In this document: piece after piece, positions 27,701 through 37,600 of the stretch
How the letters are laid out: each line of letters begins with the position of its first letter
Numbering within the stretch: position 1 is the stretch's first letter
Assembly: GCA_950097015.1 (NCBI GenBank)
Contig: CATNEN010000025.1
Coordinates: 7,254,001 to 7,318,000 of the forward strand
DNA length: 64,000 nucleotides
Direction: 5' to 3'
From: Macrostomum hystrix
Lineage: Eukaryota; Animalia; Platyhelminthes
The notes under the pieces: model-generated
The model's input: the letters and a program-made list of their open reading frames with translations, nothing else
What the model was told of the DNA's origin: nothing
Database searches by the model: none
Made by a program: the position numbers and the translations under genes

Positions 27701-30700
27701 GAGGCAAACCTTTACCTCCAATGTGATCTTCACCGGCTTCTTGGAGTCTCTTCGAATGCGCACCTCGAGCACATCCGGAGTGCGTCTGGTCGGCGTCAAT
27801 CGGATCGACTCCAGGTCTTCGCGACTCAAAGGCTCGTCGTCTGGCTGCTGTGCCCTGCCAACTGGTGTCCTCTCATTTCTGGTCACTTCTGTCACCGTCA
27901 CTTTTGTGATTCTCTTTGGCTTGTCGGCCGTCACCTTGATCTCGGCGACGCGAGAGCCTCTCGGCAGTCTGCTCAGATCGATCCGGATCAGAGTGTCGCC
28001 CTTTCTCAACGGCAGGCCAGGTCTGCCTGGCAACAGAGACGTCTTTGCCGGCTCTTCGTACGGCTCATTCTGAGGTACGCGCTTCACCTCAACAACGTCC
28101 TCTGGGCGTAGAACGTTGCTGTCGAATGCCATTTTCTTCGTGCACACGCGTCTCGGCTTGCCTGTTGTCAGCGCTGGGGTCTTGGTAGTCTTTCCAGTGG
28201 TCGTCCTTGTTGTTGTTGTTGTTCCCTGAGACGACTGCCTTCTTGTTGTCCTTGTTGTGCGTCCAGTTGTTCTTCTTCCAGGCACTGATGGCATGGGGAA
28301 GGTCACTGTTTCAGCGGCAGGCGTGCCCGCCTTCCGACTGGTAGTGCCAGCTGTGCTGCGACGAGTAGCTCTCGTTGTTCTGGCTGACGCTGTCGTCCTT
28401 GGCGTCGTTGTTGTCACTGGTCGCTTCTTGAGGCAAACCTTTACCTCCAATGTGATCTTCACCGGCTTCTTGGAGTCTCTTCGAATGCGCACCTCGAGCA
28501 CATCCGGAGTGCGTCTGGTCGGCGTCAATCGGATCGACTCCAGGTCTTCGCGACTCAAAGGCTCGTCGTCTGGCTGCTGTGCCCTGCCAACTGGTGTCCT
28601 CTCATTTCTGGTCACTTCTGTCACCGTCACTTTTGTGATTCTCTTTGGCTTGTCGGCCGTCACCTTGATCTCGGCGACGCGAGAGCCTCTCGGCAGTCTG
28701 CTCAGATCGATCCGGATCAGAGTGTCGCCCTTTCTCAACGGCAGGCCAGGTCTGCCTGGCAACAGAGACGTCTTTGCCGGCTCTTCGTACGGCTCATTCT
28801 GAGGTACGCGCTTCACCTCAACAACGTCCTCTGGGCGTAGAACGTTGCTGTCGAATGCCATTTTCTTCGTGCACACGCGTCTCGGCTTGCCTGTTGTCAG
28901 CGCTGGGGTCTTGGTAGTCTTTCCAGTGGTCGTCCTTGTTGTTGTTGTTGTTCCCTGAGACGACTGCCTTCTTGTTGTCCTTGTTGTGCGTCCAGTTGTT
29001 CTTCTTCCAGGCACTGATGGCATGGGGAAGGTCACTGTTTCAGCGGCAGGCGTGCCCGCCTTCCGACTGGTAGTGCCAGCTGTGCTGCGACGAGTAGCTC
29101 TCGTTGTTCTGGCTGACGCTGTCGTCCTTGGCGTCGTTGTTGTCACTGGTCGCTTCTTGAGGCAAACCTTTACCTCCAATGTGATCTTCACCGGCTTCTT
29201 GGAGTCTCTTCGAATGCGCACCTCGAGCACATCCGGAGTGCGTCTGGTCGGCGTCAATCGGATCGACTCCAGGTCTTCGCGACTCAAAGGCTCGTCGTCT
29301 GGCTGCTGTGCCCTGCCAACTGGTGTCCTCTCATTTCTGGTCACTTCTGTCACCGTCACTTTTGTGATTCTCTTTGGCTTGTCGGCCGTCACCTTGATCT
29401 CGGCGACGCGAGAGCCTCTCGGCAGTCTGCTCAGATCGATCCGGATCAGAGTGTCGCCCTTTCTCAACGGCAGGCCAGGTCTGCCTGGCAACAGAGACGT
29501 CTTTGCCGGCTCTTCGTACGGCTCATTCTGAGGTACGCGCTTCACCTCAACAACGTCCTCTGGGCGTAGAACGTTGCTGTCGAATGCCATTTTCTTCGTG
29601 CACACGCGTCTCGGCTTGCCTGTTGTCAGCGCTGGGGTCTTGGTAGTCTTTCCAGTGGTCGTCCTTGTTGTTGTTGTTGTTCCCTGAGACGACTGCCTTC
29701 TTGTTGTCCTTGTTGTGCGTCCAGTTGTTCTTCTTCCAGGCACTGATGGCATGGGGAAGGTCACTGTTTCAGCGGCAGGCGTGCCCGCCTTCCGACTGGT
29801 AGTGCCAGCTGTGCTGCGACGAGTAGCTCTCGTTGTTCTGGCTGACGCTGTCGTCCTTGGCGTCGTTGTTGTCACTGGTCGCTTCTTGAGGCAAACCTTT
29901 ACCTCCAATGTGATCTTCACCGGCTTCTTGGAGTCTCTTCGAATGCGCACCTCGAGCACATCCGGAGTGCGTCTGGTCGGCGTCAATCGGATCGACTCCA
30001 GGTCTTCGCGACTCAAAGGCTCGTCGTCTGGCTGCTGTGCCCTGCCAACTGGTGTCCTCTCATTTCTGGTCACTTCTGTCACCGTCACTTTTGTGATTCT
30101 CTTTGGCTTGTCGGCCGTCACCTTGATCTCGGCGACGCGAGAGCCTCTCGGCAGTCTGCTCAGATCGATCCGGATCAGAGTGTCGCCCTTTCTCAACGGC
30201 AGGCCAGGTCTGCCTGGCAACAGAGACGTCTTTGCCGGCTCTTCGTACGGCTCATTCTGAGGTACGCGCTTCACCTCAACAACGTCCTCTGGGCGTAGAA
30301 CGTTGCTGTCGAATGCCATTTTCTTCGTGCACACGCGTCTCGGCTTGCCTGTTGTCAGCGCTGGGGTCTTGGTAGTCTTTCCAGTGGTCGTCCTTGTTGT
30401 TGTTGTTGTTCCCTGAGACGACTGCCTTCTTGTTGTCCTTGTTGTGCGTCCAGTTGTTCTTCTTCCAGGCACTGATGGCATGGGGAAGGTCACTGTTTCA
30501 GCGGCAGGCGTGCCCGCCTTCCGACTGGTAGTGCCAGCTGTGCTGCGACGAGTAGCTCTCGTTGTTCTGGCTGACGCTGTCGTCCTTGGCGTCGTTGTTG
30601 TCACTGGTCGCTTCTTGAGGCAAACCTTTACCTCCAATGTGATCTTCACCGGCTTCTTGGAGTCTCTTCGAATGCGCACCTCGAGCACATCCGGAGTGCG

Positions 30701-33700
30701 TCTGGTCGGCGTCAATCGGATCGACTCCAGGTCTTCGCGACTCAAAGGCTCGTCGTCTGGCTGCTGTGCCCTGCCAACTGGTGTCCTCTCATTTCTGGTC
30801 ACTTCTGTCACCGTCACTTTTGTGATTCTCTTTGGCTTGTCGGCCGTCACCTTGATCTCGGCGACGCGAGAGCCTCTCGGCAGTCTGCTCAGATCGATCC
30901 GGATCAGAGTGTCGCCCTTTCTCAACGGCAGGCCAGGTCTGCCTGGCAACAGAGACGTCTTTGCCGGCTCTTCGTACGGCTCATTCTGAGGTACGCGCTT
31001 CACCTCAACAACGTCCTCTGGGCGTAGAACGTTGCTGTCGAATGCCATTTTCTTCGTGCACACGCGTCTCGGCTTGCCTGTTGTCAGCGCTGGGGTCTTG
31101 GTAGTCTTTCCAGTGGTCGTCCTTGTTGTTGTTGTTGTTCCCTGAGACGACTGCCTTCTTGTTGTCCTTGTTATGCGTCCAGTTGTTCTTCTTCCAGGCA
31201 CTGATGGCATGGGGAAGGTCACTGTTTCAGCGGCAGGCGTGCCCGCCTTCCGACTGGTAGTGCCAGCTGTGCTGCGACGAGTAGCTCTCGTTGTTCTGGC
31301 TGACGCTGTCGTCCTTGGCGTCGTTGTTGTCACTGGTCGCTTCTTGAGGCAAACCTTTACCTCCAATGTGATCTTCACCGGCTTCTTGGAGTCTCTTCGA
31401 ATGCGCACCTCGAGCACATCCGGAGTGCGTCTGGTCGGCGTCAATCGGATCGACTCCAGGTCTTCGCGACTCAAAGGCTCGTCGTCTGGCTGCTGTGCCC
31501 TGCCAACTGGTGTCCTCTCATTTCTGGTCACTTCTGTCACCGTCACTTTTGTGATTCTCTTTGGCTTGTCGGCCGTCACCTTGATCTCGGCGACGCGAGA
31601 GCCTCTCGGCAGTCTGCTCAGATCGATCCGGATCAGAGTGTCGCCCTTTCTCAACGGCAGGCCAGGTCTGCCTGGCAACAGAGACGTCTTTGCCGGCTCT
31701 TCGTACGGCTCATTCTGAGGTACGCGCTTCACCTCAACAACGTCCTCTGGGCGTAGAACGTTGCTGTCGAATGCCATTTTCTTCGTGCACACGCGTCTCG
31801 GCTTGCCTGTTGTCAGCGCTGGGGTCTTGGTAGTCTTTCCAGTGGTCGTCCTTGTTGTTGTTGTTGTTCCCTGAGACGACTGCCTTCTTGTTGTCCTTGT
31901 TATGCGTCCAGTTGTTCTTCTTCCAGGCACTGATGGCATGGGGAAGGTCACTGTTTCAGCGGCAGGCGTGCCCGCCTTCCGACTGGTAGTGCCAGCTGTG
32001 CTGCGACGAGTAGCTCTCGTTGTTCTGGCTGACGCTGTCGTCCTTGGCGTCGTTGTTGTCACTGGTCGCTTCTTGAGGCAAACCTTTACCTCCAATGTGA
32101 TCTTCACCGGCTTCTTGGAGTCTCTTCGAATGCGCACCTCGAGCACATCCGGAGTGCGTCTGGTCGGCGTCAATCGGATCGACTCCAGGTCTTCGCGACT
32201 CAAAGGCTCGTCGTCTGGCTGCTGTGCCCTGCCAACTGGTGTCCTCTCATTTCTGGTCACTTCTGTCACCGTCACTTTTGTGATTCTCTTTGGCTTGTCG
32301 GCCGTCACCTTGATCTCGGCGACGCGAGAGCCTCTCGGCAGTCTGCTCAGATCGATCCGGATCAGAGTGTCGCCCTTTCTCAACGGCAGGCCAGGTCTGC
32401 CTGGCAACAGAGACGTCTTTGCCGGCTCTTCGTACGGCTCATTCTGAGGTACGCGCTTCACCTCAACAACGTCCTCTGGGCGTAGAACGTTGCTGTCGAA
32501 TGCCATTTTCTTCGTGCACACGCGTCTCGGCTTGCCTGTTGTCAGCGCTGGGGTCTTGGTAGTCTTTCCAGTGGTCGTCCTTGTTGTTGTCGGAAGCATG
32601 GTCACTAAGCGCGAGCTTGCTTTTTTGCTAGTCGTCTGTCGGCCTGCTCTCGTCGATACCTGATTTGACTGCCTTCTTGTTGTTCGTCGTGTTGAGATAT
32701 TTTGCCAGCGACCTGTAGTTTGTTTCGTCAGTCTGTTTTTTGTTGTTGTAACTGTTGTAGCGTTTATTGTCCTAGAACATTGCTTCTTAGTTACTTTTAT
32801 GTGCTGTGGTTCAGTTGTTTGAATAAAAATAATTAATTTTGTGTACCCTTTAGGAAGTCGTATATTGTAATTTTCGCGGATTTTTCCTTGCTGTTTTCTT
32901 ACTGGGTTGTCTTTTGAGGTTGTTAGGTAATAGACAACTCTAATTGTGCTTCGGCTGGCCGGTTTTCTGAGTAGAATTTTCTTAGTGTTTTTCAGACCTA
33001 TTAGCGTGACTTTGGTATATCCAGGAAGTAGTCGGAGTAGTTTTCCCTGTAGAAGTGCTTGCCTTGCGTAAGTATCGTATGATGTGCCAAACGTTATGCT
33101 TCGGAGCAGAGCCACATTGCAGCGCTCGAGATGCTTTTCTTTACAGACGTAACTTGCTTTTCTATTGCAGATTGTTATTTTTAGCCGTGAGAGCATGTTA
33201 TTCTGATTTTTCTGTGAGTCAACTGTTATTTTGAGAAAGTTTGGTCTGGTGCGAATACCTATTGTTTTTGTCTGCGAATTTTTCACCTTTTGCTGGACAA
33301 AAGTTTTCGTGCATTGTTTCATGCTGCACTCTTCTAATTCAATGACTTTTAGTTGCCCACCGGTTCCTGACGCAACTTGTTTCAAGTCAATGTCTTTTAC
33401 TACGTCATTATTTCGTAGACTAAATTGAACAACAATTTCCGTCCTTCCTGAAGCAAGTGCGGTTCCATGGCGCAAAAGTTCCTTCTTTGCTAGTTGATTA
33501 TAGTCGTATGCACTGTCGAGTGCCATCATGCGTAAAACCTTCATCTTGTTTTTCGCATCAGATTCCGGGATTGATCTTCGGCACCTTAACTGTTTACGCT
33601 GTTCTGGCACTGCTTTCTCTCTGTGTTCTTCAACTAAAAGTTCTATTGAAACATTCAAGCGCGATTTCGTATGCAACACAGCTTTATACATATTCGTTGG

Positions 33701-34653
33701 TCGATTAATGCTGACGTCTGTTTCATTCTTACTGACTTTTAGCCTCGAAACTAGAGTCGCCTCGCCTGAACTTTCCTCGTAGATAAATGAGATGATATCG
33801 GCTTGGGGCTGCTCTGCAGTCGACCGGTCATTTCGGATGATGACCTTGCAAATTCGAAAATTGCTCGGAGCTTCAATGATTATTTCGCTTGCTCCCTGCC
33901 TCACAGTTGAGAATTTTTGTTGCGAAATCAATAGAGTTTTCTGATCGGCTGAGTACTCCCTGTTATAGGTGATGCTCTTATACACCTTTACCATGCATGC
34001 CGTTGCTGGAAGCTTTCTGCATCTCTTTTCTTTTAATTTTCCTGGACAGCCGTTGATTTCAAATCGAATCTTCATTGAGCATCTGGCCTGAATTTGAATC
34101 TTCAGCTTTTCTGCTTCGAATGGTCGCACATTCAACTTGACGAAGCAGCGGAGGCAAGAAACGCTTTTCTTTGCATTCAACAGCTGCCAGCCGTTGTTTG
34201 TGAACGCATGCAAGCGAACTGTATCCAGTCCTCTGCGATGGTTGGACTGGATTTCCAATAGCACAGAACTAACTCGGACAACAGAGCGCGAGCGCGACAG
34301 GCTTACCTCAACGACAGTTCGGCCCTCGCTAAGCAAAAATGGGCGCTTGTGTGACTCCAGCAGCTCGGCCCGACGGAACTCATGCGCCGGCACGAAATTC
34401 TCGCTGACTGTTACTTGGCTTGTCCGAATAAGTCCAGAACGAAGCAGCGGACTATTGCAGCTGACTGTGTACTTACTCTCGTCTGTGATTTTAGCCGTGA
34501 AAGGCGTGCTGGCACCACTCCTTGTACAGTTTTCCTCGTCAGAGTCGTCAGCAGCATTGCCCAGACGGCACTGGTGCTTGCCGTCGCAGATCTCCGACTT
34601 AGCAATGCAAAGGCTGGACATGCGGCATTTTTGCTTGAATGCGGGACAACGCT
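1..34653 (-). CDS. Giant exon 15 (at least 34.6 kb): LDLa, discoidin-like domains, 243-aa and 214-aa repeat arrays
   Basis: Acceptor TTTCAG|AG CGT at 34654/34653 fits phase 1. ORF track gives 7533 aa open to 12134. The same repeat protein continues in shifted frames (12189-7690, then ~7700-1) after single C insertions at ~12156 and ~7704. Confidence 0.85.
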
Positions 34654-37600
34654 CTGAAAGTGTTTTTGGAAACTCATTACTGATTTCGAAACCAGCGGAT
34701 ATTGTTAGGTAGACAGTGCATGGCTTGAAAGTCATCTTGCTAGTAATTTAACGTTTTGCAAGCATTTTTAAATACGAGCGTATGTACAAGAAGAGGCTTG
34801 ACATTTTTAGTGCGGTAGATAGAAACGAATTACAACAATGGACTGTTAAATAACTTGCTATTCAAGCAAGATTGGACCGAATCTTTCTTTTCAGTCAATT
34901 CGAGTTTTGTTCAATGTTCATGATGCTAACGGGGACTATTTAAGTAGACACTACTAGTGCTCATTGTATGCTCACCGCACGATGCCTCGTCTGATCCGTC
35001 CGCGCAGTCTGCTACTCCATCGCACACCTTCGATCTGTGCAGGCAGCTGCCCGAGCTGCGGCATGCAAACGAGTGCCCAGTGCACAGCTCTGCAAAAAAT
35101 GGTTCGAGACTAGGGTGAACTCCAACTGCTACATTGGCTAGGGCTGCATTAAATATATCGTCTTTTAATATGCGAACAGTGCTATATATAAGTATATAAA
35201 CATAGTTGTGAATGTTTAATATGACCGATCTGTACTTTTTTAAAGTTGTGAATCTTTTCAAAAGCTAATTCTGGACTTACCAGAGGTGCTCAGTCTGGTC
35301 TGCTCTATGGTGCTGTTACCATAGCAACTTCTGCTGTCGCAATTTTTCCAATTGCCATCTCGGCAGATGCTACAATGATATTTGCTCTTAAGTTACGAAA
35401 CAAAGACGAGAAATATGCCGGCCGGCCGGTCTCAGAGCCGGTCTCAGAACCGGTCTCAGAACCAGTCTCAGAGCCGGTCTCAGAACCGGTCTCAGAACCA
35501 GTCTCAGAGCCGGTCTCAGAGCCGGTCTCAGAACCGGTCTCAGAACCAGTCTCAGAGCCGGTCTCAGAGCCGGTCTCAGAACCGGTCTCAGAGCCGGCCG
35601 ACCCTGACGCCGCAAAAACCGAGGCCCAACAATGACATTTTTTCGTCATCGAATCTTACCACTGGCGGCAGCCGAGCTTGGCGGAGTCGCCAGTGCCATA
35701 GACGGCGCCCCTGTAGCGGCACACCTGGCTCGCTTCAGTGCAGCCGCCGTTGAGCTGTGTCCACTGGGCACCCATGCGGCACTGGCAGTCTGTAGTGATC
35801 AATGTGACTTTCTATATGCGTATTGTACAACTTTGTCATCCATGCACAACCTTAAGTACTCGTAGATGGGCTAGTCAAACTATGGTCTTCCTTACTCGTA
35901 CTATATGGTGGACAGAGCTTCTGAACACAGCAAGCTCAGATTCTGGCAACATTTCCTGCCACAAAAACAACACACGTCGAGCTTTACGATACGTGTCTCA
36001 GTCGCGGAGAGGCAATGGAGAGGGATTCAGACACCGCTCCTTCTCCAGGGGGCGGTGGTTGTCACTCCTCCCATCTTTCGTGCAGGGATTTAGGGCCCAC
36101 TCCTCAGCAAAGACAACAACAACAACAGCAAAAAGAAAAAGAACAAAAACAAGAACAACAAAAAGAACAACAAAAAGAACAAGAGCAACGACGACGACGA
36201 CGCCGATGACGACGGCAACAATAACGCTTCTGTGGTGGAAAGCGGACAAGGTCTCATACCGAGACCTTAACAAGCAGCCGGCAGGAGCCGGCCGAACCTG
36301 ACGTCGCAAATAAGATAGCAGCCTATTCGTGAGTGTAAAGCTTAGGACTCCAGAGTTTCCTATGCCTAGTGGCGACAAAGGGAAGAAAAACAACAACAAC
36401 AACAAAAACAACGCTTCGCTTGGCGAAGAGCTGCCAACTTGCCACCACCTCGCGGTGCCAAGCGGGCAGGAGGTCATCTGACCACCTGGCAAAGAGGCAG
36501 CTCAAAAGAAGGAAAACTGGTCGCAGTCGTATTCGCTTGCGCACACGTTCGGTGACCAAGGCCACGTCTTGCAGAGTGGCACCGGACTTACGACCCGGGG
36601 CACCTCTGTAAACAAAATCCTGCCCTCCGGGTACAATTCAGTAGGCGAAAACTGAGTCCATGAGTTGCAACCGTCTTTCCGGAACAGCTCGGTTGGCCCC
36701 CCATGCCGCAAGACGAAAAATGGTCGAAGATGAAGGCGACAATGACAACAAAAATAACAATAAAGTTTGAGTACATTGTCAAGGTTAAATTGCAGGGTCA
36801 CAGGACTTAAGCGCGAACGAAGGGCTAAATTTCCTGCTGGGGGGGTCGGTGGCAGAGCGGTCAACGAGTTTGCCTCTCGCACCACGGTCCCTAAGTTCGA
36901 TTCGGTTTACTCCCGATTCGCCGAATCCCGATTCGCCGATTCCCGATTCGCAGATTCCCGATTCGCCGAATTCCGATTCGCCGAAATTTCTGACTCGCCG
37001 AATTCCCGATTCGCCGAAATTCCTGACTCGCCGAATTCCCGATTCGCTGAAATTCCTGGCTCGAATCCTGATTCGCCGAATCCTGGTTCAATACATCTTA
37101 CTTTATCATAAATTTAAATTAAACCACATAACCATTGCCCTCTTTGAGTGTTGGTCAAATTTTGGAACTCTATTTCTATTGTATTGAAATTAATTAAAAA
37201 ACTAACTTAAATGAAATGCACTTTCTTCATTCATTAACTTGTAAACTTGCTTCTAAATTTTTTTTACTTTCTGGAACGTAGATTGAGTGAGCAAAGTAGA
37301 ACATCACACGTACTTCGGAAAAAGCGAATTGGGATTCGGCGAATCGGGAATTCGGCGAGTCAGGAATTTCGGCGAATCGGGATTCGGCGAATCGGGAATT
37401 TCGGCGAATCGGGAATCGGCGAATCGGGAATCGGCGAATCGGGATTCGGCGAATCGGGAGTAAACCGTTCGATCCCGCGGCGAGGCCACATTTATTTGGG
37501 GCGCAGCCGCGGAGAGAAGGCTTGAGGGCTTGTCGTGTAATTTACGCCAACTTTGAGGGCCAACCTCCAAGACACAGTGAGACTGTACAGTGCCTGACAA

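Noticed and set aside
79-32447. Dozens of repeated plus-strand ORFs (60-208 aa) across both arrays
   Set aside because: Antisense shadows of the minus-strand repeat protein. They start at alternative codons, have no domain character and are periodic only because the DNA is.
1-32585. Regular long repeats as a CRISPR array, satellite or multicopy gene cluster
   Set aside because: The units are contiguous with no unique spacers, have lengths divisible by 3 and form a single reading frame, so they are coding tandem repeats.
34654-34735. ATG at 34735 as start of the 7533-aa ORF
   Set aside because: No signal peptide follows. A phase-compatible acceptor at 34654 links it to upstream exons, so 34735-34654 is intronic.
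35375-35649. SEPV / GSET repeat peptides
   Set aside because: The 12-bp repeat lies within the intron 35659-35370, and the flanking exons join in phase as ...CRQC|ICRDG...
36840-36903. Possible tRNA genes at A/B-box sites (also 55690-55746 and 60270-60335)
   Set aside because: No convincing cloverleaf or acceptor stem, and each continues into a shared non-tRNA body, so these are SINE heads.
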